In this document: positions 7,804 through 15,956 of the stretch, one piece after another | How the letters are laid out: the number at the start of each line of letters is the position of its first letter | Position numbering within the stretch: position 1 is the stretch's first letter | Source of the DNA: a virus | Lineage: Duplodnaviria; Heunggongvirae; Uroviricota; Caudoviricetes | IMG/VR virus record: IMGVR_UViG_3300028025_004880 | Length of the DNA stretch: 24,080 nt | Direction: 5' to 3' (one strand) | The notes under the pieces: generated by a model | What the model was told of the DNA's origin: nothing | Seen by the model: only the letters and a program-made list of their open reading frames with translations | Databases searched by the model: none | Program-made: the position numbers and the translations under genes

Positions 7804-8181
7804 ATGAGCAAAGTATTTACAGATGTTGCAGTCTTTTTAAAAGCGTGTGGTCAAAACTATCCAAATAGACCAGATCCTAAAGTTTCTGATCTTGCCGAGT
7901 TATATAAGAAACTCATCAAAGAAGAAGTCGATGAGTTCTGGGAAGCGGAAGCAGCAAGCGATGACGCAGAACAATTAGATGCTTGCTTCGATATGATATG
8001 GGTTATTGTTGGTTACATGCATGCACGTGGATGGAATCCTAGTCTTGCTTGGGACGAGGGTGCTAAATCTAATTTGTCAAAGATTGATAATAAAACAGGG
8101 CAGGTTATCCGTAGAGAAGATGGTAAGATCCTTAAACCAGAAGGCTGGCAACCACCAGACTTCACCAAATTTGTGAGGTAA
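7804..8181 (+). CDS. All-alpha NTP pyrophosphohydrolase (MazG/PRA-PH/dUTPase-like superfamily)
   Basis: LIKEEVDEF..A....D..EQLDACFD, SNLSK, IRREDGKILKPEGWQPPD. Confidence 0.8.
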   Translation: MSKVFTDVAVFLKACGQNYPNRPDPKVSDLAELYKKLIKEEVDEFWEAEAASDDAEQLDACFDMIWVIVGYMHARGWNPSLAWDEGAKSNLSKIDNKTGQVIRREDGKILKPEGWQPPDFTKFVR

Positions 8182-8183
8182 TC

Positions 8184-8597
8184 ATGATTGATTGTATGAT
8201 TGTTGGAGATAGCATCGCAGTGGGAACATCATACGCAAGACCTGAATGTGTTTCCTATGCCAAGGGTGGATGGAATAGTTGGCAGTGGAATAAAGACTAC
8301 TTGGCAAAAGCATCAGAGAAGCCAGCAAAGACTCTAATCATTTCGCTTGGTGCCAATGACCATAAGGGTGTAAAGACTGAAGCTGAACTTCGCAAGATGA
8401 GATCTACTGTTAAAGCAGATCGAGTGTTTTGGATTAGTCTCGGTAAAGATAGAAAACAAGAACAGATGGCAGTGATCACAAAGATTGCTGCTGAATATGG
8501 TGATGTAATTATCCCAAGACCTGAAGCGAATATGAGTCCCGATAAGATTCATCCTACTGGTAAGGGATATAAGATTATAGGTGAAGCAACAAAATGA
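8184..8597 (+). CDS. SGNH/GDSL hydrolase
   Basis: VGDSIAVG (block I), SLGAND (block III), DKIHP (block V). Confidence 0.85.
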   Translation: MIDCMIVGDSIAVGTSYARPECVSYAKGGWNSWQWNKDYLAKASEKPAKTLIISLGANDHKGVKTEAELRKMRSTVKADRVFWISLGKDRKQEQMAVITKIAAEYGDVIIPRPEANMSPDKIHPTGKGYKIIGEATK

Positions 8598-9103
8598 TTA
8601 CGATTTATTTGGACATGGATGGGGTTGTCTGCAACTTCATGGAAAAGTTTGAAGTGTTCAAACCAGCTGCTGTAAAATACGACAAAGCCATTTTTGCTAA
8701 AGCAGTTATGGATGGTAAGATCTTTGAAGATCTAAACTGGATGCCAAACGGCAAACGATTGATTGACCATGTTCGTACTATTCGTGGTGTTAAAGTTGAG
8801 ATGCTAACATCAGTGGGAACGCAACGCACAGAACAAGGTGCTGAGGCAGCACGGCAGAAAACTGTTTGGCTAAAGCGTCATGGTATTGACTATCACCCAA
8901 ACTTCGTAAAGATGTTTAGTGAGAAAAAGAAATACGCTAACCCAATGTCTATTCTTATTGACGATAGACCTGATTGCGCATTACCTTTTACTGAAGCTGG
9001 TGGACACGGCATCCTTCACGAAGATACACATATGAATAAAACTCTTGCGACATTAGATAGTATTGTTTTGCAGTTGAAAGCAATTAATGCAGCAAAGATT
9101 TAG
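8594..9103 (+). CDS. HAD-family 5'(3')-deoxyribonucleotidase-like protein
   Basis: IYLDMDGV, LTS, K..WL, ILIDDRP. Confidence 0.8.
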   Translation: MITIYLDMDGVVCNFMEKFEVFKPAAVKYDKAIFAKAVMDGKIFEDLNWMPNGKRLIDHVRTIRGVKVEMLTSVGTQRTEQGAEAARQKTVWLKRHGIDYHPNFVKMFSEKKKYANPMSILIDDRPDCALPFTEAGGHGILHEDTHMNKTLATLDSIVLQLKAINAAKI

Positions 9104-9104
9104 A

Positions 9105-9287
9105 ATGTGGTTAATATGGGCAAGAGCCACGGGACATCTGATGGGTCACAGTGATGATGACAAACCAGATGTTCCAATTTTAACTTTGCAAGAAGCAAAG
9201 ATAGCATTGCTATTAAAGACGTTTTGGGTTATAATTCATGTAGTGACTTGTATTTTTATTATTGCAAATGTTATACATAATTGGTGA
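9105..9287 (+). CDS. Small membrane protein
   Basis: WLIWARATG N-terminus and a C-terminal TM helix. The start could also be 9087. Confidence 0.6.
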   Translation: MWLIWARATGHLMGHSDDDKPDVPILTLQEAKIALLLKTFWVIIHVVTCIFIIANVIHNW

Positions 9288-9292
9288 AGACT

Positions 9293-9925
9293 ATGAATAT
9301 TTTTTATCTTGATAATGAACCAAAGACTTGTGCTCAAATGCACCTAGACAAACACGTTGTGAAAATGATTCTTGAATATGCACAGTTGCTATCAACTGCA
9401 CATAGAATCCTTGATGGTACACAATATGAAGCATTGACAAATGCTGGTCGTAAAATTCAAAGATGGAAATTAGATGACCATAATCTAGAAACACTTCTGT
9501 TTAAAGCATCGCACGTAAACCACCCATCAGGTATTTGGTGTCGTGCCAATGTTCAAAACTATATGTGGCTTGCTGAGTTGCTTGAAGAGACCTGTGTAGA
9601 ATATACCTTCAGATATGGTAAAGTCCACAGCGTAGAACAATCAGGATTAATGCAAGCACTGAAGAATAATTTTCCAAAAAATTTACCAATTGGTCCATTC
9701 ACTGAACCAACACCTGCTATGCCTGTTGATTGCAAAATCCCAGGTGATTCTCTCGCATCTTACCATAAATACTACTTAGAAAAGAAAAGATTATTTGCTA
9801 AGTGGACTAATCGACCAATGCCATTATGGTTCGCAGATGGACTAAATAAAATAGATGAGTCTTGTTACATCGTAAATGATGTCAAGAGAAATCGTTTCAT
9901 ATCAATGTCAACTGAATTAATGTAA
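9293..9925 (+). CDS. Pyrimidine dimer DNA glycosylase (DenV/endonuclease V)-like protein
   Basis: MNIFYLD..P..CAQMH.DKHVVKMILEYAQLLSTAHR, H.NHPS.IW.R, Y..RYGK.H. Confidence 0.65.
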   Translation: MNIFYLDNEPKTCAQMHLDKHVVKMILEYAQLLSTAHRILDGTQYEALTNAGRKIQRWKLDDHNLETLLFKASHVNHPSGIWCRANVQNYMWLAELLEETCVEYTFRYGKVHSVEQSGLMQALKNNFPKNLPIGPFTEPTPAMPVDCKIPGDSLASYHKYYLEKKRLFAKWTNRPMPLWFADGLNKIDESCYIVNDVKRNRFISMSTELM

Positions 9926-9935
9926 GGAGAAATAT

Positions 9936-10181
9936 TTGCCAACGTATAGTTTCAAAGATAAAACAACTGGTGATGTGTTCGATAAGTTTATGAGCATGAG
10001 CGAACGTGAAACTTATCTAAAAGATAATCCTAACATTGAAACTGTTTTAACATCTGCAGCTATTTGTGATCCGATAAGATTGGGTGGTCTAAAACCTCCC
10101 AGTGGTTTTAAAGAAGTCTTAAACAACATACACTCTAGATCTCCTGGAAGCGTTTTAAAGAAAAGTGGAAATTTAGAATAA
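9936..10181 (+). CDS. Conserved T4-like small protein (FmdB-like N-terminus, no Zn cysteines)
   Basis: TTG start with AAGGAG SD; MPTYSFKDKTTGDVFDKFMS...YLKDNP...GFKEVL. Confidence 0.65.
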   Translation: MPTYSFKDKTTGDVFDKFMSMSERETYLKDNPNIETVLTSAAICDPIRLGGLKPPSGFKEVLNNIHSRSPGSVLKKSGNLE

Positions 10182-10192
10182 GGAAAACTAAT

Positions 10193-10972
10193 ATGGCTAG
10201 ACGTGCTCAAGCACCATCAGATCAAGAATTTCACCCTGAGAATACGAATCAAAAACCAAAAACAGTATCTTCTAATTCTTTGAAAGTTAGATTAGATGAT
10301 TTAAAAAGTTTTCCCCCTCTTACTGATAATCAGAAAATGTTTTATGATGCATATAAACGTGGCGATTATTTTGTAGCACTTCATGGTGTAGCAGGAACTG
10401 GTAAAACTTTCATCGCACTATATAAAGCACTTGAGGAAGTTCTCGATAGAGGAAATCCATTTAAGAAAATTATTATTGTTAGATCGGCTGTCCCATCAAG
10501 AGAAGTTGGACATCTGCCAGGAGACATTGATGAGAAAACCGATATCTATCGTCAACCATACAAACAAATATGTGAAACACTATTTGGGCGCAAGGATGCT
10601 TACGATAGATTAGAAGAACAAAATTATATTGAGTTCATATCAACATCATTTATTCGTGGTATGTCTTTTGATGATGCTATAATTATTGTTGATGAGATGC
10701 AAAACATGACATATGAAGAAATTGATACTGTCATGACACGTGTTGGTTATCGTTCCAAAATTGTTTGGTGTGGTGACTATCGACAAACCGATCTTAATAA
10801 AAAGAAGAACGATATGTCTGGTATTTTGAAATTCTTTGATATCGCCATGCATATGAATGCATTCACACGTATCGAATTTTTACCCAACGATATCGTGAGA
10901 AGCAGTTTAGTAAAAGAATATATTTTAGCAAAACTAAAATATGAAGATCATACAGAAAACAAAAAGGACTAA
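10193..10972 (+). CDS. phoH: PhoH-like ATPase
   Basis: Walker A GVAGTGKT, IIIVRSAV, GHLPG, FIRG.SF, IVDEMQN, GDYRQTD, DIVRS.LV. Confidence 0.95.
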   Translation: MARRAQAPSDQEFHPENTNQKPKTVSSNSLKVRLDDLKSFPPLTDNQKMFYDAYKRGDYFVALHGVAGTGKTFIALYKALEEVLDRGNPFKKIIIVRSAVPSREVGHLPGDIDEKTDIYRQPYKQICETLFGRKDAYDRLEEQNYIEFISTSFIRGMSFDDAIIIVDEMQNMTYEEIDTVMTRVGYRSKIVWCGDYRQTDLNKKKNDMSGILKFFDIAMHMNAFTRIEFLPNDIVRSSLVKEYILAKLKYEDHTENKKD

Positions 10973-10973
10973 G

Positions 10974-11816
10974 ATGAAACTTACAGCCGACCTCATTAAA
11001 CAAACTTGTAAAAACAATAAGTCACCAGATGCTCTTGCTGGTGCTCTTAACAAAGTTATCGACAAGTATGAAATTAATACAACAAATCGACTAGCAGGTT
11101 TTCTTGCTCAGTGTGGACATGAGTCATTGGACTTTACCGTACTTAAAGAAAATTTGAACTATGGCGCAAAGGGTTTGATGGGTACATTTAAAAAGTATTT
11201 CCCCGACGAAGCCACTGCGTTGAAGTATGAACGCAATCCAGAGAAGATCGCCAATAAAGTTTATGCCAACCGCATGAACAATGGTGATGAAGCATCTGGC
11301 GATGGTTACAAATATCGTGGTCGTGGTGCGATTCAGTTAACTGGTAAAGATAACTACACAAGATTCGCAACAGCAATTGGTAAATCTATTGACGAAACTA
11401 TTGCATACCTAGAGACAATTGATGGTGCCATTGAATCTGCTTGCTGGTTCTGGAAGACAAATGGTCTAAACGAAATCTGCGATAAAGACGATATCGTTCT
11501 AATGACTAAGCGCATCAATGGTGGCACTATTGGTCTTGAAGATCGCACCAATCACTACAAACATAACAAAGCAGTTCTTGGTGGCGACCATGCTCCTGCG
11601 CCAGCTGATGATTCGGTAACTGAAGTTGTGTTAGAACTTTGTAAAGTTGGAAGCAAGAACGCTACAGTTAAATTAATCCAAGAGAAACTTGGTTTGACTG
11701 CTGATGGCGACTTTGGTCCAGGAACAGAGAAGGCTGTTAAAGCATGGCAATCGGCAAATGGTTTGACTGCTGATGGAATTGTTGGACCAGCAACTATTAA
11801 GAAAATGCTGGGTTAA
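10974..11816 (+). CDS. Endolysin: GH19 catalytic domain plus C-terminal peptidoglycan-binding domain
   Basis: AGFLAQCGHES, ENLNY, YRGRGAIQLTGKDNY, SACWFW, TKRINGG. C-terminal VKLIQEKLGLTADGDFGPGTEKAVKAWQ..NGL.ADGIVGP.T. Confidence 0.92.
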   Translation: MKLTADLIKQTCKNNKSPDALAGALNKVIDKYEINTTNRLAGFLAQCGHESLDFTVLKENLNYGAKGLMGTFKKYFPDEATALKYERNPEKIANKVYANRMNNGDEASGDGYKYRGRGAIQLTGKDNYTRFATAIGKSIDETIAYLETIDGAIESACWFWKTNGLNEICDKDDIVLMTKRINGGTIGLEDRTNHYKHNKAVLGGDHAPAPADDSVTEVVLELCKVGSKNATVKLIQEKLGLTADGDFGPGTEKAVKAWQSANGLTADGIVGPATIKKMLG

Positions 11817-11818
11817 AA

Positions 11819-12472
11819 TTGATCACTCATATACATCATGATATTCCCAAACTTGAACGTGCTACCGCTCCCGATGGGTCAAGAGTATACGCGACCCCAT
11901 CGGGTCGAGCCTATCCTTCCGTCACAACGATTACAGGATTACTCGGAAAAGAAGCAATCATCGCATGGAGAAAACGAGTCGGGGAAGAAGAAGCGAACAG
12001 AATCTCAACAACTGCCGCAAATAGAGGAACTCGCATCCATTCACTTTGCGAATCGTTCCTCAACAATGAGCCAGTCAAGCCAGATATGTTTGACCACTAC
12101 ACGTGGGATTCAATCTTACCTGAGTTGTCAAAGATTGACAACATCCATGCACTCGAAACACCACTTTACTCTGATCATCTAGAAGTTGCTGGAACAGTTG
12201 ATTGTATTGCAGAGTATGAAGGTAAACTTGCTGTCATTGACTTTAAAACATCAAAGAGGGTAAAATCAAGAGACGATATTCATAATTACTTTATGCAGTG
12301 TGCAGCATATGCTGTGGCTTTCGAAGAGAGAACAGAAATCCCTGTTGGGCATTTGGTTATTATTATGGCAGTCGATGATCACGAGCCAATTATTTTTAAA
12401 GAAAAACGTGATACATGGATAAATAAGTTTATTGAAGTAAGAGAGCAGTACCGAAGAATTAAAGGACGCTAG
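11819..12472 (+). CDS. PD-(D/E)XK exonuclease (Cas4-like T4-type exonuclease, no Fe-S cysteines)
   Basis: YPSVTTI, GTRIH, E..LYS, AGTVDCI, IDFKTS, YFMQ..AYA. TTG start. Confidence 0.85.
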   Translation: MITHIHHDIPKLERATAPDGSRVYATPSGRAYPSVTTITGLLGKEAIIAWRKRVGEEEANRISTTAANRGTRIHSLCESFLNNEPVKPDMFDHYTWDSILPELSKIDNIHALETPLYSDHLEVAGTVDCIAEYEGKLAVIDFKTSKRVKSRDDIHNYFMQCAAYAVAFEERTEIPVGHLVIIMAVDDHEPIIFKEKRDTWINKFIEVREQYRRIKGR

Positions 12473-12479
12473 TAAACTT

Positions 12480-13283
12480 ATGGACAAAACATACAAAACA
12501 ATTTTTATAAGTGATGTCCATCTTGGTACCAATGATTGTCAAGCCAAAAAGTTAAACAACTTTCTCAAACACAACACCTGTGAGACATTATATCTAGTGG
12601 GTGATATTATTGATGCCTGGAAAATACAACAAAACAAGTGGCGATGGAAACAAAGTCATACTAATGTAGTTCGTAGAGTGCTTGGCCATGCCAAGCGTGG
12701 AACCCGTGTTGTATTCATAGCAGGTAACCATGATGAGTTCTTAAGACCAATGATACCATATGGGTTTTCTTTTGGTCTGATAGAAATTAAAAACCAAACA
12801 GAGCACATTGGTGTGGATGGTAAACGATATCTAGTTACACACGGAGACTTGTTTGATGGTATTACTAGACTGGCACCTTGGATAGCATTCTTAGGAGATA
12901 AAGCGTACGACATTGTTCTTAACCTCAACAATAAATTTAATTGGGTTCGTCGTCGCATGGGTTTTGGGTACTTTAGTCTTAGCAAGTTTCTTAAGCACAA
13001 AGTCAAAAAAGCAGTAGACTTTATGTTTCAGTTCGAGCGCAATCTTGCAGCATACTGTAAGAAGCGAGGTTACGATGGAGTTATTTGTGGGCACATTCAT
13101 CATGCTGAAATTAAAGAGATTGATGGTGTAACATATATGAATGACGGAGACTGGGTTGAATCGTGCACTGCTCTTGTTGAGCACCATGATGGACGCTGGG
13201 AAATAGTAACGTGGACAAAGGAGACAGACAATGAAAGTGAAAGAGATAGTGAAGAAGATGTATCTAGCATGCGTCAATCATGA
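12480..13283 (+). CDS. PlcP/LpxH2-like metallophosphoesterase (UDP-2,3-diacylglucosamine hydrolase family; putative phospholipase C)
   Basis: FISDVHLG, LVGDIID.W, GNHDEFLR, DGKRYLVTHGDLFD, FLGD.AYD, DGVICGHIHHA, NDGDWVESCTALVE..DG..E..TW. Confidence 0.85.
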   Translation: MDKTYKTIFISDVHLGTNDCQAKKLNNFLKHNTCETLYLVGDIIDAWKIQQNKWRWKQSHTNVVRRVLGHAKRGTRVVFIAGNHDEFLRPMIPYGFSFGLIEIKNQTEHIGVDGKRYLVTHGDLFDGITRLAPWIAFLGDKAYDIVLNLNNKFNWVRRRMGFGYFSLSKFLKHKVKKAVDFMFQFERNLAAYCKKRGYDGVICGHIHHAEIKEIDGVTYMNDGDWVESCTALVEHHDGRWEIVTWTKETDNESERDSEEDVSSMRQS

Positions 13284-13362
13284 TAGAGTAAAAGAAAAGA
13301 AAATGTGGTTAAAAGCATTAAAGAAATCATTGAAACATAAACGTACACATGTCATTAAGTAA
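13231..13362 (+). CDS. Small basic protein, 43 aa (not in the ORF track)
   Basis: AAGGAG SD then ATG 13231; MKVKEIVKKMYLACVNHDRVKEKKMWLKALKKSLKHKRTHVIK*. It bridges the plcP-like and GT2 genes. Confidence 0.55.
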   Translation: MKVKEIVKKMYLACVNHDRVKEKKMWLKALKKSLKHKRTHVIK

Positions 13363-14059
13363 TAAAATAACAATTGTAGTTCCTTGTAAAAACGAAGAGA
13401 ACTATATCGCGCATTTGTTAATGCATCTGCGCCAGCAATCAATAGGTGATACTAGAATTATCATCGCAGATTGTTCTACTGATAACACCCGAGAAGTTAT
13501 ACAAGTAATGAAGGGTGATTTGAATGTAGAGATTATCGATGGTGGTCCAGTTTCATTTGCTAAAAACAGTGGCGCTAAACTTGCCACCACCCCATACATT
13601 TTATTCATCGACAGTGATGTGAGATTTTTCTCCGACACTGTTATAGTCGACGCAGTAAATGAACTAGAACAAAATAATTTGGATTTAATCGGATTGCGTG
13701 TAAAGTGCTATGATGGTGACGTAAGGGCGCAGATCGGTTTCATGATATTTAATTTCGTAAACAGCATTATGCAATATAAAGTTCCATTCGCTGTCGGCGC
13801 ATTTATGTTAACCAGAAAAACTAAATATGAAGAGTTCGGTGGCTTTGCCGAGAAGTATGGCACCAGTGAAGATTTCTTTTTGTCTAAGATGTATGACACC
13901 AAGAAATTTAAACTGATGAAACATTACTTCGGTCAAGACAGCAGAAGATTTCAGAAGATGGGATATTTTGGAATGGCATGGTATCTTATTAAAAACTTCT
14001 TAAACCGAAATAATAAACAGCATTGGGATAATGTAGATTATTCTAAATACTGGAAGTAA
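13349..14059 (+). CDS. Glycosyltransferase family 2
   Basis: ITIVVPCKNEE, IIIAD.STDNT, AKNSGA, ILFIDSD (DxD), GAFML, FGGF.E....ED. Confidence 0.9.
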   Translation: MSLSNKITIVVPCKNEENYIAHLLMHLRQQSIGDTRIIIADCSTDNTREVIQVMKGDLNVEIIDGGPVSFAKNSGAKLATTPYILFIDSDVRFFSDTVIVDAVNELEQNNLDLIGLRVKCYDGDVRAQIGFMIFNFVNSIMQYKVPFAVGAFMLTRKTKYEEFGGFAEKYGTSEDFFLSKMYDTKKFKLMKHYFGQDSRRFQKMGYFGMAWYLIKNFLNRNNKQHWDNVDYSKYWK

Positions 14060-14348
14060 TTGTTGTAATCCCTTCAAAGCGAAGGCATGTTGGACGGGAG
14101 TTCGATTCTCCCCACCTCCACCAAAAGTATTTTGCACCCAGCAGATAAGACTGGCTCTGTTCGTGAAAATAAAATACTTCTGATGGGGGTGACTAGGTTT
14201 CGACAGCGTGAGATAGTAGAGACGGCAACACGGTAGGCGATGACCGTAAATCAAGCAAAATCAATAACTGCAAACGATGAGTTATTTGCTATCGCTGCCT
14301 AAGCATAGCTGAGGTTTCTCCGACTGTCCTTATCACCAAATCAGTCGG
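14060..14348 (+). ncRNA. ssrA: Circularly permuted (two-piece) tmRNA
   Basis: T-arm GGGAG-TTCGATT-CTCCC, then CACCTCC-A-CCA (14113-14123), comes before the 5' strand GGGGGTG (14185-14191). The 7-bp acceptor stem has G3:U70 and discriminator A. The intervening segment is closed by AAGTATTTT/AAAATACTT. The tag frame follows. Confidence 0.93.
14270..14302 (+). other. tmRNA tag reading frame ANDELFAIAA*
   Basis: ATAACT GCA AAC GAT GAG TTA TTT GCT ATC GCT GCC TAA, with a typical resume-codon context. Confidence 0.9.
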
Positions 14349-14356
14349 TCTTTTTT
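14320..14356 (+). terminator. Hairpin and T-run ending the tmRNA coding piece
   Basis: CCGACTG (14320-14326) pairs with CAGTCGG (14342-14348); TCTTTTTT follows. Confidence 0.65.
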
Positions 14357-14369
14357 ATTATAGGTAAGC

Positions 14370-15860
14370 ATGAACGCAAATGGATTAATATTTACATCTC
14401 TCGGTTGGCAGACAAGTCTCGAAAGATCTCCTGGCGCATATAGAATAGCGCATTACCTAAGACAAACTATGGGTATTGATGTTGAGGTAATCGATCGTTT
14501 GACTGCTTGGTCAAATAAACAATTAGTTGAACTAATAGACTCAAGAATTTCCCAAAATCAAATTAAGTGGATAGGTCTTTCCATAACTTGGTTATCTAGA
14601 TACGAAACATACAAAGTCATAATCTCTTTCATTAGAGCAAAATATCCAGACTTAAAAATTTTACTTGGTGGTCAGGACATTTACTATAAAGATCTTGATG
14701 CTGATTATTTCATTAATGGATACGGTGAACTTGCTGTTGTTGAAGCACTAAATCATGCTTTCTCTAATGGTAAGATAAAAGGTATCCCACTCAACAAAGG
14801 TTGGGTAATAAATGCACTTCACATGTATCCAGCGTATCCACCAGAAACAGTTGGTGGGTCATACTCAATAGAATATCAAGAAAGAGATTTCATACTACCT
14901 TCCGATGTGTTGACTATTGAGTTAGAACGAGGGTGTAAATTTAAATGTAAATATTGTTCATATCCGATCCTTGGCGTAAAGGGCGATACCTCAAGAACTG
15001 AGGAAGACATGTATCGCGAACTGCAATCAAATTATGATAAGTGGGGTGTTACAAATTACGCGATCGCAGATGAAACTATTAACAGTAATGAAGAGAAGTT
15101 AATAAAGTTTTCATCAGCTGTAAAACGATTATCATTTAAACCAAATTTCACTGGATTCGTTAGACTAGATTTACTTTACAATAATACTCGGGATAGAGAA
15201 TTGTTGCTAGAGTCGCGCATCTGGGGACAATACTATGGCGTGGAAACATTCAACCATGAAAGTGGAAAACTGATTGGTAAAGGATTGCACCCAGATAAGA
15301 ATAAACAAACAGCATTAGAAATGAGAGAGCTGTTCAATAAAGAACTTGGATTATATGTATCAACTATGTCTATGATTACAGGGTTACCTAGAGAATCTTA
15401 TGAGTCGCTTGACAATACTGTAAAATGGTTTAAAGAAAACTGGATGGATCAACATTGGGTATTTTTTCCACTGACAATACATAAAAAAATATCTGATCAA
15501 GATGGGGCGATTAAACTCTCAGCAATGGGCGAAGATTTAACTAAGTATGGATATAGAGAAATTCCAGCAGAATTAGACATGGAAGATTTTAAGCATAATG
15601 GCGCATATCCGTACAGCGTTAATTGGGAAAACGAATATGGGAATAAAGACAAAGCAGTTGCTTGGTCTTGGGTAAATACTGGCGACCAACAAAATGCATA
15701 TCTAGATTCATGGGATGTTTGGGGAGTTGCATCATATAGTGGTCTAGATATCCAAACCATTAGAAATAGTGCATTTACAAGGCAACATGCTGATGATCTT
15801 GTCTATAGAATTGCGCCACTTGAAAACGAATACATAAAAAAGAAACTTGCTTTATATTGA
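14370..15860 (+). CDS. Cobalamin-binding-type (class B-like) radical SAM protein
   Basis: ELERGCKFKCKYC (CxxxCxxC), IADETIN, GVETFN, MITGLP.E. The roughly 180-aa N-terminal domain (RSPGAYRIAHYLR...ILLGG) resembles B12-binding domains. Confidence 0.85.
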   Translation: MNANGLIFTSLGWQTSLERSPGAYRIAHYLRQTMGIDVEVIDRLTAWSNKQLVELIDSRISQNQIKWIGLSITWLSRYETYKVIISFIRAKYPDLKILLGGQDIYYKDLDADYFINGYGELAVVEALNHAFSNGKIKGIPLNKGWVINALHMYPAYPPETVGGSYSIEYQERDFILPSDVLTIELERGCKFKCKYCSYPILGVKGDTSRTEEDMYRELQSNYDKWGVTNYAIADETINSNEEKLIKFSSAVKRLSFKPNFTGFVRLDLLYNNTRDRELLLESRIWGQYYGVETFNHESGKLIGKGLHPDKNKQTALEMRELFNKELGLYVSTMSMITGLPRESYESLDNTVKWFKENWMDQHWVFFPLTIHKKISDQDGAIKLSAMGEDLTKYGYREIPAELDMEDFKHNGAYPYSVNWENEYGNKDKAVAWSWVNTGDQQNAYLDSWDVWGVASYSGLDIQTIRNSAFTRQHADDLVYRIAPLENEYIKKKLALY

Positions 15861-15874
15861 GCAATCAGGTATTA

Positions 15875-15882
15875 TATAAATA
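15875..15882 (+). promoter_or_regulatory. T4-type late promoter
   Basis: Exact TATAAATA in an intergenic region; gp33 is present in the window. Confidence 0.8.
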
Positions 15883-15893
15883 ATGATACACAG

Positions 15894-15922
15894 TGGGTTG
15901 AAGGATCCCAATAAAACCTTCA
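15894..15922 (+). other. Predicted H-type RNA pseudoknot in the 5' leader
   Basis: S1 TGGG/CCCA (15894-97 with 15907-10), S2 TGAAGG/CCTTCA (15899-904 with 15917-22), L1 1 nt, L3 ATAAAA. Confidence 0.5.
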
Positions 15923-15956
15923 TTACACACAACTCATAACACACAAGGAGTAAAAC

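Noticed and set aside
9207-9235. Internal promoter TTGCTA-17-TATAAT before the DenV-like gene
   Set aside because: It is inside an AT-rich coding region, lacks the TTAATT spacer and N6-ATG pattern, and could be chance. Not called.
12232-12249. Pho box upstream of the plcP-like gene (CTGTCAT)
   Set aside because: Only one half-site is present, with no second CTGTCA at 11-bp spacing, and it lies inside a coding region.
11819-12472. Cas4 / CRISPR system
   Set aside because: This is a PD-(D/E)XK nuclease lacking the four-Cys Fe-S motif. There are no cas1/cas2 genes and no repeat-spacer array in the window.
5488-13902. Minus-strand ORFs such as 5488..6012, 12656..13006, 12891..13277, 13402..13638
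   Set aside because: They lie entirely antisense to well-supported genes, with no motifs or expression signals.
14060-14123. Stand-alone tRNA-Ala or a prophage attachment-site remnant
   Set aside because: The matching 5' strand and the tag frame lie downstream, so this is the acceptor piece of a permuted tmRNA. No integrase or duplicated att core is seen.
15891-15925. preQ1-I riboswitch
   Set aside because: The topology is similar, but the conserved loop nucleotides are not matched and no queuosine genes are downstream. Kept only as a generic pseudoknot.
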